Source: Bacillota bacterium (GTDB lineage Bacteria; Bacillota; Clostridia; Christensenellales; UMGS416). Taken from it: 64,000 nt of DNA. Both the position numbers and the translations under genes were made by a program. The stretch covers positions 66,474 to 130,473 of the forward strand of contig JAEWRW010000020.1 in the NCBI GenBank assembly GCA_023398815.1, in the 5' to 3' direction. Below are positions 55,580-64,000 of this stretch, one piece after another. The notes beneath the pieces are model-generated. The model saw nothing but the letters and a program-made list of their open reading frames with translations, searched no databases and was not told the DNA's origin. Within the stretch, counting starts at the first letter, position 1; every line of letters starts with the position of its first letter.

Positions 55580-56662
55580 ATGGCACAACGTGATGGCGCA
55601 ACCGGGGCCGCTGTGTGGCAGGCATTGCTGGCGGCGTTGCTCTTTGGGCTGAACACGCCCTTCTCCAAGCTGCTGCTGGGCAGCGTTCCGCCCATGCTGC
55701 TGGCGGGGCTCCTTTACCTGGGCGCGGCGGCGGGCATGGGTGTGGTGTGGGCCATCACCCGCCGTAGGGCAGACCACCGGGAGGCGCGGCTGATGCGAGC
55801 CGACGGCAAATGGGTGGTGCTGATGATCGTGCTCGACATTGCCGCGCCGTTCCTGCTGCTCTCCGGCATTGCCCGCACCACTGCGGCCAACGCCGCGTTG
55901 CTCACCAACTTTGAGATGGTGACCACCACACTGGTGGCGCTGCTCTTCTTCCGGGAGGCCATTGGCCGCCGCATGTGGGCGGCGCTGGGGGTCATCACGC
56001 TGGCAAGCCTGCTGTTGGCGGTGGACTTTTGGAATGGGGAAGCATTGCACTTTTCTGCCGGGTCGCTGTTGGTGCTGGCCGCCTGCGCCTGCTGGGGGCT
56101 GGAGAACAACTGTACCCGCAATCTCTCAGGCAAGGACCCGGTGCAGGTTGTGCTGGTCAAGGGGGTCGGCTCAGGCACGGGGGCGTTGCTGTTGGCCCTG
56201 GGCAGCGAGAGGCTGGCGGGCGTGGGCCTGCCCCAGGTTGGTGCCGCGCTGGCGCTGGGTTTTGTGGCCTATGGGCTCAGCATCCTGTTCTACGTGCGGG
56301 CCCAACGCACACTGGGCGCGGCACGCACCAGCCTCTATTATGCCGCCGCGCCGTTCCTGGGCGTGGGGCTCAGCTTCCTGCTGCTGGGGGAGAAGCCCGC
56401 CGCCCGCTTTGCCGTGGCCGCGGTGCTCATGGCCGCTGGCGTGCTGCTGGCCACTGCTGAGCGGCACCGACACCTGCACCACCATGGTGTACTGGCGCAC
56501 GACCACCGCCACAGCCATGTAGACGGCCACCACACCCACCACCATGAGGGTGTGGAGGACGCCAACCTGGTGCATGCCCACCCCCACCAGCATGAGGTGC
56601 TGGAGCACGCCCATGAGCACCGGCCCGACCTGCACCACCGGCACAGCCACGGCAAGGATTGA
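55580..56662 (+). CDS. DMT-superfamily (EamA) transporter with histidine-rich C-terminal tail
   Basis: Trimmed to ATG 55580 (GGAGGTG RBS). It has ten predicted hydrophobic segments in two EamA halves (ALLAALLFGLNTPFSK..., ACACWGLENNCTR...). The last ~66 aa contain about 25 His (HRHLHHHGVLAHDHRHSHVDGHHTHHHEG...HAHEHRPDLHHRHSHGKD). Confidence 0.8.
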   Translation: MAQRDGATGAAVWQALLAALLFGLNTPFSKLLLGSVPPMLLAGLLYLGAAAGMGVVWAITRRRADHREARLMRADGKWVVLMIVLDIAAPFLLLSGIARTTAANAALLTNFEMVTTTLVALLFFREAIGRRMWAALGVITLASLLLAVDFWNGEALHFSAGSLLVLAACACWGLENNCTRNLSGKDPVQVVLVKGVGSGTGALLLALGSERLAGVGLPQVGAALALGFVAYGLSILFYVRAQRTLGAARTSLYYAAAPFLGVGLSFLLLGEKPAARFAVAAVLMAAGVLLATAERHRHLHHHGVLAHDHRHSHVDGHHTHHHEGVEDANLVHAHPHQHEVLEHAHEHRPDLHHRHSHGKD

Positions 56663-56836
56663 GCTTGGCAGCCCGTTTCCCCTTTTCGCATTGGTTCATT
56701 CCGCAGCGCACGTCACATACTACCCGCGCGGGCCTGGCAATGTCGGGCCTGTTAAAATCCCTTGCAATGTTGTAAAATTGTGGTAAGCTTATATGCCTGC
56801 CACAAGATATGGCGGCAATCCCTGTGAGGAGGAACC

Positions 56837-58798
56837 ATGTCCGAACGTTACGATGCCAGCGAGATCAAGGTGCTGGAGGGGCTGGATGCCGTGCGCATGC
56901 GCCCCGGCATGTACATTGGCACCACCGGTGTGCGCGGTCTGCACCACATGCTATGGGAGATTGTCGACAACGCCGTGGACGAAGCGCTGGGGGGCTTTGC
57001 CGACGAGGTGACGATCACGCTGCACGAGGACAACAGCGCCACCGTCACCGACAATGGCCGGGGCATCCCGGTGGATATGCACCCCAAGCTTAAAGTGCCG
57101 GGCGTACAGGTGGTGTACACCCAGCTTCATGCCGGCGGCAAGTTTGAAGGCGGTGCCTATAATTATTCCGGCGGGTTGCACGGCGTGGGCGCGTCGGTCG
57201 TCAATGCCCTGTCGCAGTGGGTGAAGGTTGAGATCCACAAGGAAGGCCGTATCTACCGGATGGAATTTGAAAGCGCCTACTCCACCAGTAAGAAGAAGGT
57301 GGAGCCGGGCAAGGTGAAGGTTCCCCTGGCGGAGGTGGGCAAGACCTTTGAATCCGGCACCCGTGTCACCTTCAAGCCCGACCCTGCCGTCTTTGAGACC
57401 GTGCGCTTCAACCGTGACACGGTGGAGCGGCGCTTGAAAGAGCTGGCGTTTCTCAACCGCGGCCTCAAAATCGCATTCACCGATGAGCGACAGGAGAGCG
57501 GCGAGACCGAGCCCTACCGCCAAGGGTTCCACTACGAGGGTGGCATTGTTGACTTTGTGAAGTACCTCAATGCCGAAAAGAGCGTCCTGCACGACCGACC
57601 CATCCTGCTGGAGGGGAAGGTCAACGACATGGAAATCCTCATCGCCATGCAATACACAGAGAGTTACACCGAGAGCGTGTTTTCCTACGTCAACAACATC
57701 CCCACCACCGAGGGCGGCATGCACGAGACGGGCTTGCGCTCGGCACTCACCAAGGTGATGAACGACTACGTCAAGCGCAACAACCTCCTCAAGGACAAGG
57801 AGAGCGGGCTGGCGGGGGAGGACTTCCGCGAGGGGCTCACGGCGGTCATCGCCATGAAGATGCATAACGTCCAGTTTGAAGGCCAGACCAAGACAAAGCT
57901 CGGCAATACCGAGGCCCGCCAGGCGGTGGAGTCGCTGGTGGGGGAGAAACTGCCGGCCTACTTAAACGACCTCAAGCATGCAGAGACCGCCAACAAGATT
58001 GTGGAGAAGGCCATCAAAGCGGCCCGCGTGCGCGAGGCCGCCCGCAAAGCCAAGGACCTGGCCCGTAAGAAAAGCGCCCTGGAGAGTGCGCCGCTCGTTG
58101 GCAAGCTATCGAGCTGCACCGGGCGGAAGCCCGAGGAGAACGAGCTGTTCATCGTGGAGGGCGACTCGGCAGGCGGCTCGGCCAAGCAGGGCCGGGATCG
58201 GCGGTTTCAGGCCATCCTGCCGCTGCGGGGCAAGCCCCTCAATTGCGAGCGCCGCCAGCTCGACGCTGTGCTGGCCAATGAGGAGTATCGCTCGGTCATC
58301 ACGGCCTTGGGCACCGGCATCGCCGAGGATTTTGACATCACCAACCTCCGCTATCATAAGGTCATCATCCTCTCGGATGCTGACCACGACGGCGCGCACA
58401 TTCGCGCGATCCTGTTGACGTTCTTCTTCCGCTACATGAAGGAACTCATCACCGACGGGCACCTGTTCATCGGCCAGCCGCCGCTCTACCGGGTGCGGCG
58501 GGGCAGCAAGACGCAGTATGCCTACGACGACCGGGAGCTCCAACGGGTGACCGAGGAAATGGGCCGCGGCTATGACCTGCAGCGGTACAAGGGACTGGGC
58601 GAGATGAACCCCGAACAGCTGTGGGAGACGACGCTGAACCCCGACCACCGCAAACTTGTCCGCGTCACGGTGGAGGACGCCGCCGACGCCGACCGGCTCA
58701 TCACCATCCTCATGGGGGACAAGGTGGAGCCCAGGCGTGATTACATCAGCGCCCACGCCTACTTCAACCGCGAGGATAGCTTCGCGAAGCTCGTGTAA
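56837..58798 (+). CDS. type IIA DNA topoisomerase subunit B (GyrB/ParE family; context favours ParE)
   Basis: GHKL ATPase region: [18 protein letters not shown]...[15 protein letters not shown]...DNGRGIP. TOPRIM region: [20 protein letters not shown]...PLRGK. It also has [12 protein letters not shown]. It is adjacent to an A subunit lacking a GyrA box. Confidence 0.9.
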   Translation: MSERYDASEIKVLEGLDAVRMRPGMYIGTTGVRGLHHMLWEIVDNAVDEALGGFADEVTITLHEDNSATVTDNGRGIPVDMHPKLKVPGVQVVYTQLHAGGKFEGGAYNYSGGLHGVGASVVNALSQWVKVEIHKEGRIYRMEFESAYSTSKKKVEPGKVKVPLAEVGKTFESGTRVTFKPDPAVFETVRFNRDTVERRLKELAFLNRGLKIAFTDERQESGETEPYRQGFHYEGGIVDFVKYLNAEKSVLHDRPILLEGKVNDMEILIAMQYTESYTESVFSYVNNIPTTEGGMHETGLRSALTKVMNDYVKRNNLLKDKESGLAGEDFREGLTAVIAMKMHNVQFEGQTKTKLGNTEARQAVESLVGEKLPAYLNDLKHAETANKIVEKAIKAARVREAARKAKDLARKKSALESAPLVGKLSSCTGRKPEENELFIVEGDSAGGSAKQGRDRRFQAILPLRGKPLNCERRQLDAVLANEEYRSVITALGTGIAEDFDITNLRYHKVIILSDADHDGAHIRAILLTFFFRYMKELITDGHLFIGQPPLYRVRRGSKTQYAYDDRELQRVTEEMGRGYDLQRYKGLGEMNPEQLWETTLNPDHRKLVRVTVEDAADADRLITILMGDKVEPRRDYISAHAYFNREDSFAKLV

Positions 58799-58813
58799 CA
58801 GGGGAGAGGGACC

Positions 58814-61270
58814 ATGCCAAAGAAGACCAACGACGGCGGCGAACTGCGCGGCGAGGAAATCATCGACCAGAGCTTCGACGACGTCATCCACAATTCCATG
58901 ATGCCCTATGCCGAGACCGTCATTCTGGACCGCGCACTGCCGCGGGTGGAGGACGGCCTCAAGCCCGTGCAGCGCCGTATTCTGTACACCATGAGCGAGT
59001 TGGGCGTGACGCCCGACAAGCCACACAAGAAGTCGGCCCGCATCGTGGGTGATACGATGGGTAAATACCACCCCCATGGCGACTCCTCCATCTACGAGGC
59101 CATGGTGCGCATGGCGCAAGATTTCAACATGCGTGGCATGTTGGTGGATGGTCACGGCAACTATGGCTCGGTGGATGGCGACAGCGCCGCCGCCATGCGC
59201 TACACCGAGGCCCGCATGACTCCCTTGGCGCTGGAGCTGCTGCGTGATATCGAAAAGGACACGGTGTCCTTTTCTCTCAATTTTGACGACTCCCTGAAGG
59301 AGCCGGACATGCTGCCCGGGCGCTTCCCCAACCTCTTGGTGAACGGGGCGCTTGGCATCGCCGTGGGCCTGGCCACCAACATCCCCACCCACAACCTGGG
59401 CGAGGTCATTGACTGCGTCATCGCCCAGATGGACAACCCTGACATTACGCTGGACGGCTTGATGGAAAAGCTGAAAGGCCCGGACTTCCCCACCGGCGGC
59501 ATCATCGTCGGGCGGGAGGGTATCCGCCAGGCCTACGAGACGGGGCGGGGTAAGGTTGTCGTGCGTGCCAAGGCCGAGATTGAACGGGGCAACGGCGGCC
59601 GGCAGTCCATCGTCATCACCGAGATTCCCTTCCAGGTCAACAAGGCCAAGATGCTCGAGAACATCCTCGCCCTGCAGGAGAGCCACAAAGGCATCCTGAC
59701 CGGCATCAGCGACATCCGTGACGAGTCCGACCGCAACGGCATGCGGGCGGTCATCGACCTCAAGAAGGACGCCGATGGCCAGAAGATACTGGAGTATCTC
59801 TACAAGTATTCAGACCTGCAGATCAACTACAACGTCAACATGGTTGCCATTGCTGATGGCAAGCCGAAGCTCTTAACCTTGAAGGAGATCAACACCCACT
59901 ACATCCGCTACCAGGAGGAGGTCGTTACCCGCCGCACGCGCTACGACCTGGAGCGGGCCGAGGAGCGGGAGCACATTTTGCAGGGGTTGCTCATCGCCAT
60001 CCGCAACATCGACGAGGTGGTGCGCATCATCCGCCGCTCCAAAACGACATCAGAGGCGAAAACGAACCTCATGCACGCCTTTTCGCTCACCGGCGTGCAG
60101 GCCCAGGCGATCCTGGATATGCGCCTGGCACGCCTGACCTCACTGGAGGTGGAGAAGCTGGAGGAGGAACTGCGGGAGGTGCAGCGCCTCATCCGGGAGT
60201 TGAAGGCCATTTTGAAATCCCGCACCAAGCTGCTGGAGGTCATCAAGAACGAACTCCTGGGCATCCGCAAGAGCTATGCCGACGGCCGCCGCACGCGCAT
60301 TGTGAGCGCCGAGGCCGTCAAGGAGTTCCGCGCTGAGGACTTTGTGGTGGTGGAGGAGACCGTGCTCATCGCCACGGCTCTGGGGTTTGTCAAGCGCATG
60401 CAGCCCAACGCCTACGGCCGCAGCAACCGCACCACCCCGCCGGATGGCCTGCTGGACGACGACACGGTGCTACTGGTGGAGCCCACCAACACCGCTATGC
60501 GGGCGCTCTTCTTCACCGACCGCGGCAACGTCTATCAGCTGCCGGTTTCTGAACTGCCCGAAGGCCGTTGGCGCGACCGCGGCGAGCACCTCTCCGCCTT
60601 CATTGCCGGTTATGGCAAGGGCGAGCGGCTGGTGTCGGTGTTGCTGCTCGATAAGATCCCCGAGTACGGCCAGATGATCTTCTTCACCGCCCAGGGGATG
60701 GTGAAGAAAACCGAGATTGGCGAATACGACACCCGCACCCGCAAGGTGGTGGCCTGCGGCTTGAAGGACGGCGACCGCGTGATCGCCGCCGAGTTCTGCA
60801 AGCGGGGCGACCTGGCGGCGCTCCTCACCCGCAATGGACTGGGCATGGCCATCAAGGTGACCCAGGTGGAGCCCACGGGCCGGGCGACCAAAGGTGTGAA
60901 AGCCATCACCCTCAACGCCGGCGACGAGTTGCTGGCGGCCTTCCTGGTGGACGAGAGCAACGAAATTGTGCTGCTGACCGACCGTGGCTACGGCAAGCGC
61001 ATCATGGCGCTGGAGTTGCCGGTGCAGGCCCGTGCCGGCAAGGGGCGCCTAGTCGTCGCATTCACCAAGAACGGCTCCAACGGCACAGGCCTGCGTGCGG
61101 TGTTCAAGGTCGTCGAGCCCTTTGAGCTGACAATCGGCCAGACCAGCGGGGCAGAAACGACAATCCTCACCAGCGCGCTGGCCTTGGAGGGGCTGGCCAC
61201 CGGCGGCAAAATGGTGTCGCTGGTGATGCTGGACGACCAGATCAACCGGGTGACGAAGGTACCGGGGTGA
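58814..61270 (+). CDS. type IIA DNA topoisomerase subunit A (GyrA/ParC family; no GyrA box seen, ParC-like)
   Basis: [44 protein letters not shown], and the active-site region [10 protein letters not shown]. The C-terminal beta-pinwheel lacks a QRRGGKG-type motif ([17 protein letters not shown] instead). Confidence 0.9.
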   Translation: MPKKTNDGGELRGEEIIDQSFDDVIHNSMMPYAETVILDRALPRVEDGLKPVQRRILYTMSELGVTPDKPHKKSARIVGDTMGKYHPHGDSSIYEAMVRMAQDFNMRGMLVDGHGNYGSVDGDSAAAMRYTEARMTPLALELLRDIEKDTVSFSLNFDDSLKEPDMLPGRFPNLLVNGALGIAVGLATNIPTHNLGEVIDCVIAQMDNPDITLDGLMEKLKGPDFPTGGIIVGREGIRQAYETGRGKVVVRAKAEIERGNGGRQSIVITEIPFQVNKAKMLENILALQESHKGILTGISDIRDESDRNGMRAVIDLKKDADGQKILEYLYKYSDLQINYNVNMVAIADGKPKLLTLKEINTHYIRYQEEVVTRRTRYDLERAEEREHILQGLLIAIRNIDEVVRIIRRSKTTSEAKTNLMHAFSLTGVQAQAILDMRLARLTSLEVEKLEEELREVQRLIRELKAILKSRTKLLEVIKNELLGIRKSYADGRRTRIVSAEAVKEFRAEDFVVVEETVLIATALGFVKRMQPNAYGRSNRTTPPDGLLDDDTVLLVEPTNTAMRALFFTDRGNVYQLPVSELPEGRWRDRGEHLSAFIAGYGKGERLVSVLLLDKIPEYGQMIFFTAQGMVKKTEIGEYDTRTRKVVACGLKDGDRVIAAEFCKRGDLAALLTRNGLGMAIKVTQVEPTGRATKGVKAITLNAGDELLAAFLVDESNEIVLLTDRGYGKRIMALELPVQARAGKGRLVVAFTKNGSNGTGLRAVFKVVEPFELTIGQTSGAETTILTSALALEGLATGGKMVSLVMLDDQINRVTKVPG

Positions 61271-61436
61271 GAGTAGAGGTTATCTTCGAATGACCCCAGG
61301 TGTTGGATCGGGAACAGATGTCAATATAGGCGAGATGAAACAACCACAACTGCATTGACAAACATATCGGGCTTACGTATTATTTGCGTATCGCTTTCTA
61401 TTGTTATACCTGTATAGCTGTGAAGGAGACAGGGTC

Positions 61437-63677
61437 ATGCAGAAACTATCCCGTTGCTTGGTTTTGACGTTTTTGTTGGTTGTTGTGAGTCTTCACACTG
61501 CCCACGCCGCCACAACAGTCACATCCGGCGATTTTGAGTACACGGTCACGGACGGGAAGGCCACTGTGACCCGATATGCGGGTTCGGCGACGGAGGTAAC
61601 CATTCCCGAAGCTTTGGGCGGATATCCGGTCGTGGCAATTGGAAAGGCTGCCTTTGTGAGCCGACCACAGTTGGTTTCCGTTGGCTTTCCCGAAGGACTT
61701 TTGCAGATTGGAGCGGAAGCATTCCGAAGCTGCTCCTCATTGGAAAACATTGTGTTACCGGATGGGATGATAAGGTTAGGCGATTATGCATTCTCGGGTT
61801 GCACGTCTTTGACGGATTTTATCATTCCGGACAGCGTCACCAGTTTGGGTGCTGGAATTTGCAGTTATTGTGAGAATATGGTCAGTGTCTCGATCGGGGA
61901 TGGGTTGGACGCCATCCCATATGATTCCTTTTCATTTTGCAAGAGTCTGGCAAAGGTGACGTACGGTAAGGGCATCACGAGCATTGGTGTCGGTGCTTTT
62001 TCTTGCACGGCCCTGACAGAAGCGACGATTCCTTCCAGCGTTACCCACCTCGGTGAAAGTTCGTTTAGCGGTTGCAAAGCACTGAAGAAAGCGGTGGTTC
62101 CCGACGGAATTCGTTCGCTGTCATCGGGCATTTTTAGCGGATGCAGTTCCTTGGAATCCGTCGTGCTGCCAAAGGGACTGCTGAGCATCGATGCTTGCGT
62201 TTTCCGCGGGTGCGAGAAACTGTCCAGCATCACCCTCCCCGCGTCTCTGGAATGGATTGGGAGTGGGGCCTTTGAGAAGGCCGGCCTTAAGAGTATTACC
62301 ATTCCACCTAAAATCACCGCATTGAACGGAGATACGTTCCAGGAGTGCCGACAGTTACAGCGCCTGACTATTCCTGATACAGTCAAGAGCATGGGCAACT
62401 CGGTTTTCGCTGGGTGCGATGGACTGACCAGTGTTGTGATCAGCAAGGGAGTACAACGCATTGAGTATGGTGTGTTTGCCGGTTGCACGAAGCTGACGAC
62501 CGTTACTATGTCGGACAATGTCACCTACATTGGCACGTCGGCCTTTACCCATTGCGATAGTCTCACTGGCATTGCACTATCCGAGGGGCTGACCACCATT
62601 GACTCCGAAGCATTTGCGTATTGCGCCAGTCTCCAGAGCGTTGTCATCCCAGAGGGGGTCAGAGACATTGGCGATGCGGCGTTTTATGCCTGTTCCAGTT
62701 TAGTGGGAGCGCATTTTCAGACCACTGCACCTTCGTCTGATCATTTTGGATTTCAGGTTTTTGATGAGGCGGCTAAGAACTTTTCAATCTATTTTTTAAG
62801 CAACAAGTCTCATTGGACGCAGCCCGTTTGGCAGGAATACCCCTCGAAGCAAGAACCGGCGCCAGCCAATCTACGTGCCACCAGCGAATCCTATCGCAGT
62901 ATAGCGCTCCAATGGTCATTTTCCGGTTCCGCCGTCGGCTATGAGATTTGGAGGTTGAAACCGGGCGACGACATGTATGGTCTGGCGGGTACCTCGACGA
63001 CCACCCGTTTTACAGACGTCGGATTGAACATGGGAACTAGCTATCAGTACGTCATTCGTCCCTACGGGTTTGCCGGCCCCGCCGCGTATTACATGAGCCT
63101 GTCATCGTTCGCATCGGGGAAGCCCGCACTCTCCAAGCCCAAGGTGACGGTGGCGTCCACTGGATACAACCGTGTCAAGGTCAGGTGGGGCAAGGTAGAG
63201 GGTGCGAAGGGATACCGGTTGTACCGCGCCACAAGTAAGTCCGGTACTTACAAGCTCATCGAGGAAACCACATCGTTGAGTTATACAGACAAGAGCCTAA
63301 CAACCGGAAAGACCTATTACTACAAGGTGAAGGCGTACCGTACTGTCAGTGGTACAAAGAAGTATGGTTCGTATTCAACGGTTGTGAGTGGAAAGCCAGT
63401 ACCGGCAGCGCCAACGAGCGTGAAAGTGAGCCGTGTCTCCGACAGTTCAGTTAAGATTACTTGGTACAAAGTCAGCGGTGCCACCAAATACCAGGTGTAC
63501 CGGGCCACAAGCAAGGGCGGTACCTATTCCAGGGTGGCGGAAACCAATAGCCTTAGTTATACAAACAAAAGTTTGAAGGATGGAACGACTTATTATTACA
63601 AGGTGAGGGCCTACCACACCGAAAGCGGCAAAAAGGTGTACGGCTCCTATGGCGCGGTGGTTTCCGCTACCCCGTAA
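61437..63677 (+). CDS. secreted surface protein: BspA-type leucine-rich repeats (LRR_5) followed by fibronectin type III domains
   Basis: Trimmed to ATG 61437 (AAGGAG RBS). The signal peptide is MQKLSRCLVLTFLLVVVSLHTAHA. There are more than 12 repeats of the IP..V..IG..AF.GC..L pattern. The C-terminal FN3 repeats include GYRLYRATSKSGTYKLI...YYYKVKAY and KYQVYRATSKGGTYSRV...YYYKVRAY. Confidence 0.85.
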   Translation: MQKLSRCLVLTFLLVVVSLHTAHAATTVTSGDFEYTVTDGKATVTRYAGSATEVTIPEALGGYPVVAIGKAAFVSRPQLVSVGFPEGLLQIGAEAFRSCSSLENIVLPDGMIRLGDYAFSGCTSLTDFIIPDSVTSLGAGICSYCENMVSVSIGDGLDAIPYDSFSFCKSLAKVTYGKGITSIGVGAFSCTALTEATIPSSVTHLGESSFSGCKALKKAVVPDGIRSLSSGIFSGCSSLESVVLPKGLLSIDACVFRGCEKLSSITLPASLEWIGSGAFEKAGLKSITIPPKITALNGDTFQECRQLQRLTIPDTVKSMGNSVFAGCDGLTSVVISKGVQRIEYGVFAGCTKLTTVTMSDNVTYIGTSAFTHCDSLTGIALSEGLTTIDSEAFAYCASLQSVVIPEGVRDIGDAAFYACSSLVGAHFQTTAPSSDHFGFQVFDEAAKNFSIYFLSNKSHWTQPVWQEYPSKQEPAPANLRATSESYRSIALQWSFSGSAVGYEIWRLKPGDDMYGLAGTSTTTRFTDVGLNMGTSYQYVIRPYGFAGPAAYYMSLSSFASGKPALSKPKVTVASTGYNRVKVRWGKVEGAKGYRLYRATSKSGTYKLIEETTSLSYTDKSLTTGKTYYYKVKAYRTVSGTKKYGSYSTVVSGKPVPAAPTSVKVSRVSDSSVKITWYKVSGATKYQVYRATSKGGTYSRVAETNSLSYTNKSLKDGTTYYYKVRAYHTESGKKVYGSYGAVVSATP

Positions 63678-63701
63678 GGAGCATCTATCAAGAGCGAGTA
63701 T

Positions 63702-63728
63702 AAAAACTCCGCCAGTGGCGGAGTTTTT
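63702..63728 (+). terminator. rho-independent (bidirectional) terminator
   Basis: AAAAACTCCGCC-AGT-GGCGGAGTTTTT lies between the convergent LRR gene and the MFS gene. Confidence 0.85.
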
Positions 63729-63760
63729 ATCTCATATGCTGGGGTGCTTCCATGTGTCAA

Positions 63761-64000
63761 TCATAGTTGCTGTGGGGATGGGACATCATGGTTTCGCCGC
63801 CCCACCCACTGCGCCACAGCATAGTACCCCACCGCCACCAGCACGGCGGCGCTCACCCACAGTGCGAAAGTCTGCACGCCAATGCGGTCGATGAGAACCC
63901 CGCCCAGGAGGTTGCCAACGATGCCGGCCACAGTAACGGCCGAGACGTAGATCGTCTGGGCCGAGGCCTTGAGTTCGTCGGGGGCCAGGGTGTAGATGTA
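63761..64000 (-). CDS. MFS-type transporter, C-terminal fragment (5' part outside the window)
   Basis: Not in the ORF track (no start in window). The reverse frame from 64000 reads YIYTLAPDELKASAQTIYVSAVTVAGIVGNLLGGVLIDRIGVQTFALWVSAAVLVAVGYYAVAQW...*, with the stop at comp. 63761-63763. These look like the last two TM helices of an MFS permease. Confidence 0.6.
   Translation of the reverse strand, partial: YIYTLAPDELKASAQTIYVSAVTVAGIVGNLLGGVLIDRIGVQTFALWVSAAVLVAVGYYAVAQWVGRRNHDVPSPQQL

Noticed and set aside
47706-55625. Series of long minus-strand ORFs (e.g. 52281..55625 of 1114 aa, 49698..50870, 48546..49697, 51219..52124, 47706..48386) and many + strand off-frame ORFs inside the glucan synthase gene
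   Set aside because: All lie inside the 8.5-kb Cgs-like gene, whose frame carries consistent GT84/GH94 motifs. The others are Arg/Pro/Gly/Ala-rich shadows.

Overview
By eye this is a high-GC, Clostridia-like chromosomal segment. Supporting features are Gram-positive AGGAGG ribosome-binding sites, a dnaG-sigA-trmK-nif3-rnpB neighbourhood, OFOR/ferredoxin genes and ppdK.

A clearly AT-rich island of about 15.2 kb (18407-33669) interrupts it. The island is bounded by 60-bp direct repeats (58/60 identical) and starts with a tyrosine integrase gene. It sits exactly between a near-consensus promoter (TTGCGC-17-TATAAT, 18379-18407) and the ppdK coding region, so ppdK is cut off from its apparent native promoter.

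Island cargo:
- a degraded rusA remnant
- a SieB-like membrane protein
- several small orphan ORFs
- a serine resolvase with a res-like repeat cluster
- most notably, a tightly packed, translationally coupled operon (25195-31273)

The operon encodes, in order: a frameshifted HTH protein, a TM-anchored beta-sandwich protein, a COG2509-like FAD/NAD(P) protein, a SAMHD1-like HD phosphohydrolase, an amino-DNA methyltransferase (FGG...SPPY), and a guanylate-kinase-like::dCTP-deaminase-like::TM fusion. Kinase-dCTP-deaminase and SAMHD1-like dGTPase proteins are each known single-gene nucleotide-depletion anti-phage defences. I do not know of a described system that combines both with these three partners in one operon. 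This is my top candidate for a novel system.

Core-genome content:
- OFOR delta/alpha/beta subunits plus a ferredoxin
- a run of peptidoglycan-remodelling enzymes (SpoIID-4xSH3b, two NlpC/P60, an L,D-transpeptidase, an M14 peptidase), one preceded by a perfect WalR-type box
- a GH29 fucosidase and a GHL6-like hydrolase
- pcp, yjbR-like and dsbA-like genes
- tRNA-Leu(GAG) with a perfect consensus promoter
- ppdK, dnaG, sigA and an HD-GYP protein
- an apparent membrane-domain::TrmK fusion
- NIF3, a COG1579 zinc-ribbon protein and RNase P RNA
- an HAD phosphatase
- a 2.8-kaa cyclic beta-1,2-glucan synthase-like gene
- an EamA transporter with a His-rich tail
- a type IIA topoisomerase B/A pair (ParE/ParC-like)
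- an LRR-FN3 surface protein
- a partial MFS gene

I saw no rRNA genes and no CRISPR arrays.

Two frameshifts, at 11610-11614 and about 25372, sit in homopolymer runs. They may be sequencing errors rather than real pseudogenes.

Many long ORFs in the supplied track are antisense shadows typical of high-GC DNA, and I rejected them.

All family assignments rest on motif recognition by eye. No database search was run.
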